NCBI GenBank assembly: GCA_031459385.1
Contig: JAVKIP010000015.1
Coordinates: forward strand, 1 to 64,000
Source: Candidatus Fervidifonticultor secundus
Lineage (GTDB): Bacteria > Sysuimicrobiota > Sysuimicrobiia > Sysuimicrobiales > Humicultoraceae
Length of the DNA stretch: 64,000 bases
Direction of reading: 5' to 3'
In this document: positions 26,459-35,884 of the stretch, piece after piece
Layout of the letters: each line of letters begins with the position of its first letter
Position numbering within the stretch: the stretch's first letter is position 1
Notes under the pieces: model-generated
What the model saw: the letters and a program-made list of their open reading frames with translations, nothing else
The model's database searches: none
What the model was told of the DNA's origin: nothing
Made by a program: the position numbers and the translations under genes

Positions 26459-29400
26459 CTACTTCCCCTCGGTGGGTTCTACCGCGCCTGCGGGCATGGC
26501 GCGGCGGTGGCGGGCCCACTGGACCGCGCGGTCCAGCACGACGTAGAACGCCGGGATCAGGAACAGGCTGCCGACCGTCGAGGTGAGGAGGCCGCCGACG
26601 ATGGCGCGGGCCAGGGGCGTCTGCAGCTCCGCGCCTTCCCCGATGCCGATCGCCAGCGGCAGCAGGCCGAACATGGTCGTCAGCGTCGTCATCAGGATCG
26701 GCCGCAGCCGCCGCTGGCCGGCCCGCGCCAGCGCCTCCAGCAGCGGCAGGCCCCGGTGCTGCAACTGCAGCGCGTAGTCGATGAGCACGATAGCGTTGTT
26801 GACGGCCACGCCGACCAGCACGATGGCGCCCAGACCCGACTGCACGTTGAGGGTGGTGCCGGTGAGCAGCAGGGTGCCCAGGACGCCCACCAGCGCAAAC
26901 GGCACCGCGGCCATGATCAGGAACGGTTCGAACAGGCGCTCGAACTGGGCCGCCATGACCATGTAGACCAGCACCAGCGACATCAGGAACCCTGACAGCA
27001 GCTGGGAGAACGACTCCTGCTGCTCTTCGAACTCGCCGCTGAACGCCACCGAGAACCCCTGGGGCAGCCGCTGCGCCAGGACCGTGGTCCGGACGTCGCG
27101 GAGCGTCGTGGCCACGTCTCGGCCGGCGATGTTGCCCGTGAGGGTGATGACCCGCTCGCGGTTGCGGCGCTGGATCTGCGTCGGCCCCGGGGTCCCTGTG
27201 ACCTGCGCCAGCTGCCGCAGCGGGACGATCCCCCGCGGGGTGCTGATCGGCAGGTCGCCGATGCGGTCCGGGGTCAGGCGGTCGGGCTCGCGCAGGCGCA
27301 CGACGACGTCGATGTCCTCGCCGCCGCTGCGGAACAGGGCCGCGGTGCGGCCGCCGACGTAGGTGCGTACCGACGTCGCCACCTGGCCGGCGGTGACGCC
27401 GAACGCGGCGGCCTTCACCGGGTCGACCTGGACAGTGACCTCCTCGGCGCTCTCCTCCCGGCTGACCTGCAGGTCCGTCACGCCGGCCACGCCCTCCAGC
27501 ACGCCGCGCAGCCGCCGGGCCGTCACGTTCCCGGCCTCGAGGTCGAAGCCGCGCAGGTCGATGCTGATCGGGTCGGGCGAGCGGAAGAAGAAGAGCGAGC
27601 TGAAGGGGCGGAAGACGACCGTGGCCCCGGGGACCCGGACGCGCCGTCGCAGGTCGGCGATGACCTCCTGGGTGGGGGGAGCGTCGGGGGCGAGGCCGAC
27701 GCGGAAGGTGGTGACGTGGGTGCCGGCGGCTGCGAACGTGCTGCCCACCAGGGTCAGCACCAGGTCGGTTCCCGGCGTGTCGTCGATCAAGAGCTGCTCG
27801 ATACGGCGCGCCGTGCGGTCGGAGACGTCGAGGGCCGTGCCGCGCGGGAGCTGGACCGTCATGAAGAAGCCGCGCTCGTCGGCCTGCGGGAACGTCTCCC
27901 GGCCCACCAGGGGCAGGGCGGAGAACGCCGTGACGACCAGCGCCACCGCGACAGCGATGACGGTGAAGGGGCGGCGCATCGCCCGGACCAGGACAGTGCG
28001 GTAGGCATCTTCCACGACGTTGAACGCCCGTTCGGCCGCGCCCGCCAGGCGGCCTGTCGCGCTGCGGCCGTGGCCGATGACCAGGGCCCGGGACGCCAGC
28101 GACGGGATCAACGTGAGGGCCACCACCAGGGAGCACAGCAGGGCGAAGGTCACCATGTAGGCCAGGGGGCGGAACAGCACGCTGGCGATGCCGGTGGTGA
28201 AGAACATGGGCAGGAACACCACCACCGTGGTGAACGTGCTGGCCATGATGGCCGTGCCCACCTCGCGGGTGGCCTCCTCGGCCGCCAGCAGCGGCGGCCG
28301 GCCTTCTTCGCGGTGCCGGAAGATGTTCTCCAGGACGACGATGGCGTTGTCCACCAGCATGCCCACCGCCAGCGCCAGCCCGCCGAAGGTGATGAGGTTG
28401 AGGGTGAACCCGCTCCAGAACATCAGCAGGAAGGTCGCCAGGATGGACGTGGGGATGGCGGTGGAGATGATGAGGGTACTGCTGACGTTGCGCAGGAACG
28501 CCAGCAGGATCGCGACCGTCAGCCCGGCGCCCAGCAGGGCGGCGCTGCGCAGGTTGTCGACGGAGCGTCGGATGAACCGGCTCCCGTCGTTGATCGTGAT
28601 CAGCCGCGCGTGGGGGAACAGCTCGTTGATCTGCCCGGCGACCCGGAGGATGCTCCGCGCCACCGCCACGGTATTCGTGCCCGACTGCTTGGCGATGGCG
28701 ACGAGAATGCCCGGGCGGCCGTTGATGCGGACCAGGGACGTCGCTTCTTCACGCGTGTCCACCACCTGGGCCAGGTCGCCGACGCGCACGGGCATCCCCT
28801 GGCGCGTGGTCACCACGACCTGCCTGATGTCGTCGACGGACCCGAAGCGGCCGATGGTGCGGACGACGCGCCGCTGCGTACCGACCCGCACGTCGCCGCC
28901 GGGCTCGACGGTGGCTTCGGAGCCGAGGGCCGCGGTGACCTCGCGGTCGGAGATGCCCAGCGCCTCCAGGCGCTGCCGGTCCAGGAGCACGTGCACCTGG
29001 CGCTGGCGGCCCCCGCGCACGTCGACGTTGGCGACGCCGGGAATCTGCTCGAACCGCGGCTTGTACTCGTTCTCGGCCAGATCGCGCAGGACGTTGACGT
29101 CGCCGCGAGCCTCGATGCCCAACAGCACGATGGGGAACTGGTTGGGGTCGAACTTGGCGATGCGCGGCGTCTCCGCGCCATCGGGGAGGCGGTCACGGAT
29201 GCGGTCGACGGCAGGGCGCACGTCGTTGGCCGCGACATCCAGGTCGGTGCCCCAGTTGAAGCGCAGCTGGATGCTGCTGCGCCCCTCGGTGGAGTTGGAC
29301 GAGATCTGGGTGACTCCCGGCACGGTGCTGAGGGCGTTCTCCAGGAGGATCGTAACCTCGCGTTCGACCTCCCGGGGGCCCGCGCCGGGGTAGTTGGTGG

Positions 29401-29542
29401 TGATGTTCAGGGTAGGGAAGGAGATGTCGGGGAGCAGATCGACCGGCAGCCGGGTGAACGAGACCAGGCCCAGGAACGCCACGGCCAGGTAGATCATGGC
29501 CGTGGTGACCGGCCGGTGAATGGCGCCGCGGGACAGGTTCAT
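26459..29542 (-). CDS. RND efflux transporter permease (AcrB/SwrC-like)
   Basis: 1027 aa, LPVDLLP, GMLVDNAIVVLENI, VNNAIVL, RLRPILMT. Confidence 0.97.
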   Translation of the reverse strand: MNLSRGAIHRPVTTAMIYLAVAFLGLVSFTRLPVDLLPDISFPTLNITTNYPGAGPREVEREVTILLENALSTVPGVTQISSNSTEGRSSIQLRFNWGTDLDVAANDVRPAVDRIRDRLPDGAETPRIAKFDPNQFPIVLLGIEARGDVNVLRDLAENEYKPRFEQIPGVANVDVRGGRQRQVHVLLDRQRLEALGISDREVTAALGSEATVEPGGDVRVGTQRRVVRTIGRFGSVDDIRQVVVTTRQGMPVRVGDLAQVVDTREEATSLVRINGRPGILVAIAKQSGTNTVAVARSILRVAGQINELFPHARLITINDGSRFIRRSVDNLRSAALLGAGLTVAILLAFLRNVSSTLIISTAIPTSILATFLLMFWSGFTLNLITFGGLALAVGMLVDNAIVVLENIFRHREEGRPPLLAAEEATREVGTAIMASTFTTVVVFLPMFFTTGIASVLFRPLAYMVTFALLCSLVVALTLIPSLASRALVIGHGRSATGRLAGAAERAFNVVEDAYRTVLVRAMRRPFTVIAVAVALVVTAFSALPLVGRETFPQADERGFFMTVQLPRGTALDVSDRTARRIEQLLIDDTPGTDLVLTLVGSTFAAAGTHVTTFRVGLAPDAPPTQEVIADLRRRVRVPGATVVFRPFSSLFFFRSPDPISIDLRGFDLEAGNVTARRLRGVLEGVAGVTDLQVSREESAEEVTVQVDPVKAAAFGVTAGQVATSVRTYVGGRTAALFRSGGEDIDVVVRLREPDRLTPDRIGDLPISTPRGIVPLRQLAQVTGTPGPTQIQRRNRERVITLTGNIAGRDVATTLRDVRTTVLAQRLPQGFSVAFSGEFEEQQESFSQLLSGFLMSLVLVYMVMAAQFERLFEPFLIMAAVPFALVGVLGTLLLTGTTLNVQSGLGAIVLVGVAVNNAIVLIDYALQLQHRGLPLLEALARAGQRRLRPILMTTLTTMFGLLPLAIGIGEGAELQTPLARAIVGGLLTSTVGSLFLIPAFYVVLDRAVQWARHRRAMPAGAVEPTEGK

Positions 29543-30942
29543 GGCCGCCCCCCGGGCCGGGGGCTGCCCGGTTCCGGCGTGGGGTCGGGACGGGCGGGCG
29601 CCCTCGTGGCGGGCGTGCCCGTGGCGGGCGCCCCCCCGGGGCCTGATGGGCCACCGCCGGGTCCTCCGCCGGGCTGTCCAGCGCCGGTGCGGACCTCCAT
29701 GCCGTCGCGGAGTCCTTGCTGTCCGGCGATCACGATGACCTCACCAGCCTTCAACCCCGCGAGGACCTCCGATCGGCTGCCGTCGACATAGCCGACGCGG
29801 ATGCGCCGTTCCTCCACGGTCGTCGCGCTCTTCATGACAAAGAGCACGGTTGTCTCCCCGCGTCGCACGATGGCATCGGAGGGGACCATGATGGTGTCGC
29901 GTTCATCGAACACCACGGTTGCCCGGGCAAACATCCCGGGGCGCAGCGCCAGGTCGCGGTTGGGCACGGTGACCACGAGCTCGACGCTGCGGGAGGCGGC
30001 GTCCAGCACCGGTGAGCGGCGGGCGATGCGCCCTTCGAAGACCCGGCCGGACAGCGCGTCGACGGCCACGTGCACGCGGCTGGTGGAACGCAGGCGCGGC
30101 AGGTCCGTCTCGGGCAGCCGTACGTACACCTCGACAGGGCGCAGCGTCGCCACGGTGGCGACGACGGTCTGGGGGAAGACCACGGCACCGCGTTCGACGG
30201 GCACCCGGGTCACGATGCCGCTGATAGGCGCGACGATGCGCAGCTCGCGCAGCCGGGCGCGCTGCTGCGCCAGCGTGGCCTCGGCCTGCCGCACCAGCGC
30301 CTCCTGCGCCTGGATGTCCTCGGCTCGGGGTCCCTGCCGGACCAGCGCCAGCTGCTCGCGCGCCGCGCGCACCCGGGCGCGTGCCAGCTCGACATCGGTC
30401 TGCGCCCGGTCGACGGCCGCACGGGCCACGAGCCCGTCCGCGAACAGCTGCTGCAGGCGTGCCAGGTCCCGCTCGGCCTGCGCCAGTGCGACCTCGGTCT
30501 GGCTCACAGCGGCCTCGGCCTGCGCCACCTCCTGGGGCCGCGCCCCCGCGCGCAGCTGGGCCAGGCGGGCGCGTTGCACGTCCAGCGCGGCTTCCGCCTG
30601 CCAGACGGCGTGTTCGAGTTCAGGATCCTCCAGCCGCGCCACCAGCCGGCCGGCGGTGACGGCGGTGCCTTCTTCGACCAGCACGGTGCCCAGGCGCCCG
30701 GCGATGCGAGGCGTCACGTCCACCACCGCGGACGCCCGCACCTCGCCGGGCAGCGTGGCCTGCTCCACCAGCCGCGTGACCTCTACGGGGGCGGTGCGTA
30801 CCAGCGGGATCGGCCGCGGCCGCTGCGGCGGCGCCTCCCGGGCCGCCGACCGCCGGCCGATCCACTGAGTCGCCCCGATGATGGCGAGCGCTAGGACAGC
30901 CAGGAGGCCCAGCGCCAGCAGGCCGCGGAGCAGGCGGTTCAT
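29539..30942 (-). CDS. RND periplasmic adaptor (membrane fusion protein)
   Basis: N-terminal TM, lipoyl halves, long coiled coil, APISGIV, LRPGMFA. Confidence 0.93.
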   Translation of the reverse strand: MNRLLRGLLALGLLAVLALAIIGATQWIGRRSAAREAPPQRPRPIPLVRTAPVEVTRLVEQATLPGEVRASAVVDVTPRIAGRLGTVLVEEGTAVTAGRLVARLEDPELEHAVWQAEAALDVQRARLAQLRAGARPQEVAQAEAAVSQTEVALAQAERDLARLQQLFADGLVARAAVDRAQTDVELARARVRAAREQLALVRQGPRAEDIQAQEALVRQAEATLAQQRARLRELRIVAPISGIVTRVPVERGAVVFPQTVVATVATLRPVEVYVRLPETDLPRLRSTSRVHVAVDALSGRVFEGRIARRSPVLDAASRSVELVVTVPNRDLALRPGMFARATVVFDERDTIMVPSDAIVRRGETTVLFVMKSATTVEERRIRVGYVDGSRSEVLAGLKAGEVIVIAGQQGLRDGMEVRTGAGQPGGGPGGGPSGPGGAPATGTPATRAPARPDPTPEPGSPRPGGRP

Positions 30943-30973
30943 GGCATCGTCTCCATGTTTTCTACGACGGCCA

Positions 30974-31915
30974 TCAGGCGGAGGTGGTTTGGCCAGTGGA
31001 CTGCAGGCGGGTCATGGGGCCGAACCGCGCCACCAGCTCGTCGAACTCCATGGCGTCGTAAAAGTCGCACGTGCCGGCCCCGAACGCCTTGGCGACCTCC
31101 AGGCAGAACCGCACGGCCACCTCGATGTCGGCGGCATCGCTGGCACCCGTGGCCGACCCAGGCACCATCGTCTCGGCGGTCAGCGCCAGGCCGATCACCG
31201 GCGCCCGGGTTGCCGTCGACGGCTGGAGGATGCTGTTGATGTGGCGCAACCCCGTGCCGTAGGGCGTGATGTCCTGCGTGGCGAGCGGCAGGATCACCGG
31301 CGGCCGCCCGGTCACCCACTGGTAGAGGTCCAGCAGGGTGTCCGGCGCGCGCAGGATGTACCCTTCCTTCACGGGGAGCGAGATGGCGATGCCCTTGTGG
31401 TTGACCACGCGGTTGCCGCGGGTCGTGTCCACCGAGATGATGGCATCCATGGCCGGATCCACCTCGCGGGCGTTCAGGACGGCCATCTCCACCGGTGACA
31501 TCATCATGGGGACGGTGGGGGTGTCCCGCACGAGCGCCCGCGGGCAGATGTGCGTGGCGACGATGACGTCGCCGGGCAGGACGTCGCCTTCGCGGCGCAT
31601 GTCGGCCAGCTTCAGCGCGCAGGCGACGGCGGTGATGGCCCCGTCGGCGTCGGAGACCAGGCCCAGCCGGGCAGGACGCGCCCCGATGCCGCCCAGGCGG
31701 CCGATGATGCCCAGGGTGCGCGCCGGGCCGCCGGTGCTGCGGCCGCGCGCCCCGGGGACGGCGACCCGGATGACGTCCGTGGTCCCGTGGGGGCCGTCGA
31801 CCCGTTCGACCCTGCACTCCAGGTCCCGTGCCCGCAGGACTGCGGCCACGCGCTCGCCGGTGACGTGCGCGGAGTCGAGCAGGTCGTAGGCCTCGAGCGT
31901 GTGACTCCAGCTCAT
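30974..31915 (-). CDS. DUF1177 family protein
   Basis: GIIGRLGGIGARP...GLVSDADGA, THICP, SVDTTRGNR, QDITPYG..L.HINSILQP. Confidence 0.85.
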   Translation of the reverse strand: MSWSHTLEAYDLLDSAHVTGERVAAVLRARDLECRVERVDGPHGTTDVIRVAVPGARGRSTGGPARTLGIIGRLGGIGARPARLGLVSDADGAITAVACALKLADMRREGDVLPGDVIVATHICPRALVRDTPTVPMMMSPVEMAVLNAREVDPAMDAIISVDTTRGNRVVNHKGIAISLPVKEGYILRAPDTLLDLYQWVTGRPPVILPLATQDITPYGTGLRHINSILQPSTATRAPVIGLALTAETMVPGSATGASDAADIEVAVRFCLEVAKAFGAGTCDFYDAMEFDELVARFGPMTRLQSTGQTTSA

Positions 31916-32120
31916 GGCCCGGCCATCTTCGCGCGCGGCGCGGGAGGGTCCTCCCGCGGTGTCCTGCGCCGGCGGCGCCGGGACGCGCGGTCCGGCACAC
32001 CCGGCGCGGGAGCCCTGGCCCCGGTGACCCGCGGGGCGCGGCACGCGATGGGCTGTCGCCCGAGACACCGCGACGTTGTCGCCGGGCGGCGGGGAATGCT
32101 ACGATACCCGCGGTTCGCCC

Positions 32121-32648
32121 ATGGACGCTCAGCCACCGGTCGTTCCCGCCGAGGTCGCAGCGCGTGCCGGTACTGCCGTGCGCTGGGCCCGGACCCTCCG
32201 GGAGGCCGCCGGCACGCTGCGCCACCAGGCCGCGGCGCTGAAGTTCCACCCGCTTACCGGGCAGCGGCCGGAGCCTGCGCCCGCGCTGCTGGCGGCGCTG
32301 CAGCAGCTCGAGCAGGTTGTGCAGGAGATCCTGCAGGCTCAGGCAGAGATTCTCGTCACCGATGCCGATCTGGCCGCGCTGGGCGACGGCGCGCGGCGCA
32401 CGCTCCAGGCAGCGCGCCAGGCCGGGGCCCGCGGCGCGCAGGTCACGGCGGCCGCCGTGCAGGTGTTGCGCGAGGTGCTGCAGGGTCGCAATGGCGCCAC
32501 GCTCGACGCGCCGTACGGGCACGGCGCCCCACGCCGGCCCCACCCGGGGGCGCTGTGCACCATCGCGGCCCAGCGGGCCGAGGAGCTGGCCACCGCGCTA
32601 GAGACCGGCGCCGTCCTCGTCGCGACCCTGGCGCTGTGGCCGCAATGA
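32121..32648 (+). CDS. Hypothetical alpha-helical protein
   Basis: Coding-like codon use; ATGA overlap with the UDG gene; TGCTACGAT extended -10 just upstream. Confidence 0.7.
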   Translation: MDAQPPVVPAEVAARAGTAVRWARTLREAAGTLRHQAAALKFHPLTGQRPEPAPALLAALQQLEQVVQEILQAQAEILVTDADLAALGDGARRTLQAARQAGARGAQVTAAAVQVLREVLQGRNGATLDAPYGHGAPRRPHPGALCTIAAQRAEELATALETGAVLVATLALWPQ

Positions 32649-33358
32649 CCGCGCGTGGGGCCGCGCCCCCAACGCTGACAGCGCTCAACGAGATGATCGT
32701 CGCGTGCCGCAGGTGCCCGCGCCTGATCGCGTACTGCCGCGCGGTCGCCCGCGAGAAGCGCCGGGCGTTCCGCGACTGGGAGTACTGGGGGAAGCCCGTG
32801 CCCGGGTTCGGCGATCCGGCCGCGCGGGTGCTGATGGTGGGCCTGGCGCCGGCCGCGCACGGCGGGAACCGCACCGGCCGGATCTTCACCGGCGACTCGT
32901 CGGGGACCACGCTGATGGGCGCACTCTATCGGGCGGGCTTCGCCTCGCAGCCGCAGTCGGTGGCCCGCGACGACGGGCTCCGGCTCGTCGACCTCTACCT
33001 GGCGGCTGCGGTCCGCTGCGCGCCGCCCGATAACAGGCCGCTCCCGGCGGAGATCGCCCGCTGCCGGCCGTACCTGGTCGCTGAACTGCGGCTGCTGCGG
33101 CGGCTACAGGTGGTGGTCGCGCTGGGCCGCATCGCGCACGACGCGGCGCTGGACGCCGCCCGCGCCGCCGGTGCCCAGATCCCCAGGCCGCGGCCCGCCT
33201 TCGCCCACGGCGCCGAGGCGCGCCTGGTGTGGGGCGCGCGCACGCTGCTGCTGATCGCGTCCTATCATCCCAGCCAGCAGAACACGGCCACCGGCCGGCT
33301 CACGCCCGCGATGCTCGACGCGGTCTTCCGGCGGGTGCGGGCAGCGCTTTCGTCATAG
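32645..33358 (+). CDS. udgB: Family 5 uracil-DNA glycosylase (UdgB-type, 4Fe-4S)
   Basis: CRRCPRL, WGKPVPGFGD, GLAPAAHGGNRTGRIFTGD, RCAPPDN, YHPSQQNT. Confidence 0.93.
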   Translation: MTARGAAPPTLTALNEMIVACRRCPRLIAYCRAVAREKRRAFRDWEYWGKPVPGFGDPAARVLMVGLAPAAHGGNRTGRIFTGDSSGTTLMGALYRAGFASQPQSVARDDGLRLVDLYLAAAVRCAPPDNRPLPAEIARCRPYLVAELRLLRRLQVVVALGRIAHDAALDAARAAGAQIPRPRPAFAHGAEARLVWGARTLLLIASYHPSQQNTATGRLTPAMLDAVFRRVRAALSS

Positions 33359-33363
33359 GGTCG

Positions 33364-34767
33364 GTGGCGGCGACAGGCGACGGCGCTGGCGCCCGACGGG
33401 GGCTGCTGGTGGCGGTGGCAGCCGGGCTGCTGGCGCGGTTCTGGCTGGCCGCGCGGCTGCCCCTTGGTGACGACGAGCTGTACTACCGGCTCTGGGCGCG
33501 CCACCTGGCCTGGAGCTATCCCGATCATCCGCCGATGATCGCGGCAGTGGTGGCGCTCTCCACGCGACTGTTCGGCGACGGCCCGCTGGGCATCCGGGGC
33601 CTCTGTGTGGCGCTGGCGACGCTGGTCCCGCTGGCAGTCTACGGGGCGGGGCGGGCGCTGTTCGGCGAGGCCGCCGCGCGGCGGGCGGCGTGGGCCGTCC
33701 TGTTGCTGCCCGCGTTTGCCGTGGGCGGGGCGTTCGCTTTTCCGGATACGCTCCTGGCGGTGTTCTGGGCGCTGGCGATCTGGTGCGGCTGGCGCGCGCT
33801 CAGGGACGGCGGCGCCTGGTGGGTTGCTGCGGGCGCGGCAGTGGGTGGTGCGTTGCTGTCGAAGCTGACGGGCTTCGCGCTGGTCCTGGGCATCGTCGGC
33901 GCCTGGCTGACCGCGCGTCCCCGCACGCGCGATGCGTGGCTCCCGGTGGGTGCAGCACTGGCCGCAGCGCTGTTTCTCCCCGTCGTCGTCTGGAATCTGC
34001 GCCACCACTGGATGCTGGTGCAGGTCACGCTGGGCCGGGAGCCCTGGATCGGCACGGGTACCTGGGTCGAGCGCGTGGCGCTGTTCGCCGGCGGGCAGGT
34101 CGCCTACTACGGGGTGATGGCGCCCGCGCTGGTGGCGGCGGCCGTGGTGGCGGCGCGGCGCGCGCAGCAGGCGCGCTGGCGGTACCTGGCGTGGGCCAGC
34201 CTGCCCCTGTTCCTGGTGATGAGCGCCTCAGCCGTGTTCGGACGCACCAAGCCCCACTGGCCCGGGCCGGCGTACCTGGCAGCGGCGCTGGCGCTGGGCG
34301 GGCTCGAAGAAGCGTGGACGGGGCGGTGGGTGCGCTGGCTGCGCGTGGCCGTGGGCGCGACCGCAGCGGTCGCTGTGGCGATGACGCTTGCCGGACTGTC
34401 GCCGTGGGGCGTGGCCACCGTGGGGCGCGGGATCGGCGACTGGGACCGTGCCGCCGCAGTGGTGGCGCGTCACGCCGCCGCGCTGCCGGGTCCCGTGGTG
34501 GTGCTCGCCGACAGCTACCAGGCGGCAAGCCACCTCGCCTACCGGCTCGAGCCGCGGCTGCCCGTGATCGGCGTCGAGCGGGCGTTTCTCCTGTGGCACC
34601 GGCCCGAGATGTGGGTCGGCCGGCGTGCGGTGGCCGTCGAAGAGCCAGGGGGGACGCCGCTCGACCTCGAGCGACGGTGCGTCGCGCCGCGCCGGCTGGA
34701 CGAGATCGCGCTCGGGCCCGGCCGCGTGGCAGTCGTGTGGGCGTGCGAGGCACTGCGGCTTCCTTGA
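33364..34767 (+). CDS. GT-C glycosyltransferase (family 39/ArnT-like)
   Basis: DDELYY..WA.HLAWSYPDHPPM, PD, LLSK, WN..H.W, HWPGPAY; many TM segments. Start approximate. Confidence 0.85.
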   Translation: MAATGDGAGARRGLLVAVAAGLLARFWLAARLPLGDDELYYRLWARHLAWSYPDHPPMIAAVVALSTRLFGDGPLGIRGLCVALATLVPLAVYGAGRALFGEAAARRAAWAVLLLPAFAVGGAFAFPDTLLAVFWALAIWCGWRALRDGGAWWVAAGAAVGGALLSKLTGFALVLGIVGAWLTARPRTRDAWLPVGAALAAALFLPVVVWNLRHHWMLVQVTLGREPWIGTGTWVERVALFAGGQVAYYGVMAPALVAAAVVAARRAQQARWRYLAWASLPLFLVMSASAVFGRTKPHWPGPAYLAAALALGGLEEAWTGRWVRWLRVAVGATAAVAVAMTLAGLSPWGVATVGRGIGDWDRAAAVVARHAAALPGPVVVLADSYQAASHLAYRLEPRLPVIGVERAFLLWHRPEMWVGRRAVAVEEPGGTPLDLERRCVAPRRLDEIALGPGRVAVVWACEALRLP

Positions 34768-34810
34768 CGGTGCGTTTTGGCGGTTCGTATACTGGACAGT
34801 GCCTTCCACC

Positions 34811-34886
34811 GGGCGGTTAGCTCAGCGGTGAGAGCGCATCCTTCACACGGATGAGGCCGCAGGTTCAAATCCTGCACCGCCCACCA
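34811..34886 (+). tRNA. tRNA-Val (CAC)
   Basis: GGGCGGT/ACCGCCC acceptor stem, CATCC-TT-CAC-AC-GGATG, GGTTCAAATCC, CCA; promoter TTGACG-18-TATACT at 34764-34793. Confidence 0.97.
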
Positions 34887-34891
34887 GTCCG

Positions 34892-34913
34892 TCGATACCT
34901 GTTCGATACCTGT
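34892..34913. repeat. 11-bp tandem repeat directly after tRNA-Val
   Basis: TCGATACCTGT twice. Confidence 0.8.
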
Positions 34914-35055
34914 TTGAGGAAGGTTCGCAGCCCAGGGCGCAGAACGGGGCAGTGCCGGAGATGCCTGGTCGTTGCGCTCCCTGGCGATGCGCGGGCGCTC
35001 CGGTGGTCGGAGGCGATGGCCGGGTGCGCGATCGGCGGCACGGGAGGGGGGTGCA

Positions 35056-35829
35056 ATGGCACGGGAGACACCGGGGTTCGGCGGACGGGCAGCGCTGGTC
35101 ACCGGCGCCGCCCGCGGCATCGGGCTGGCCATCGCCGGGCGGCTGGTCGCCGGAGGCGCGCGCGTCGCGCTGGCGGATGTCGACCTGGCACGCGCAGCGG
35201 CGGAAGCCGACCGGCTGGGGAAGATCGCGGGGCGTCCCGACGGCGCCGCGATGGCCGTCCATCTGGACGTGACGGACCCGGCGTCGGTCGATGCGGGGGT
35301 CCGCGCGACCATCGACGCCTTCGGCGGGTTGGACATCCTGGTCAACAACGCGGGGATTCACGGGCCGTCGGTGCCGACGTGGGAGATGCCCCTGGAAGAC
35401 TGGCACCGCGTGCTGGCGGTCGACCTGCACGGCGTGTTCTACTGCTGCCGTGCGGTCCTGCCGCACATGCGGGCGAAGCGCTACGGCCGCATCGTCAACA
35501 TCGCGTCGATTGCGGGGAAGGAGGGGAACCCCAACGCCCTGCCGTATTCGGCGGCCAAGGCCGGCGTCATCGGTCTGACCAAGGCGCTCGCCAAGGAGGT
35601 GGCGAGGGACGGCATCGTCGTCAACGCCGTGACGCCGGCGGTGATCGAGACGGAGATCCTGCAGCAAGTATCCCCCGAGCACGTGGCGTACATGCTCGCG
35701 CGGATCCCGATGGGGCGTGCGGGCCGGCCCGCCGAGGTGGCTGCGCTGGTCGCCTGGCTCTGCTCGGAGGAGTGCTCGTTCAGCACCGGCGCGGTGGTCG
35801 ACATCTCGGGCGGCCGCGCGACCTACTGA
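35056..35829 (+). CDS. Classical SDR oxidoreductase (keto-deoxy sugar acid dehydrogenase-like)
   Basis: TGAARGIG, NNAG, SIAGKEGNPN, YSAAK, DISGGRATY. Confidence 0.92.
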   Translation: MARETPGFGGRAALVTGAARGIGLAIAGRLVAGGARVALADVDLARAAAEADRLGKIAGRPDGAAMAVHLDVTDPASVDAGVRATIDAFGGLDILVNNAGIHGPSVPTWEMPLEDWHRVLAVDLHGVFYCCRAVLPHMRAKRYGRIVNIASIAGKEGNPNALPYSAAKAGVIGLTKALAKEVARDGIVVNAVTPAVIETEILQQVSPEHVAYMLARIPMGRAGRPAEVAALVAWLCSEECSFSTGAVVDISGGRATY

Positions 35830-35884
35830 GACGGTCCGCGGCGCGCCGGGAGCGCACTGTCGCCGCGGGATACGGAGGGGTCGG

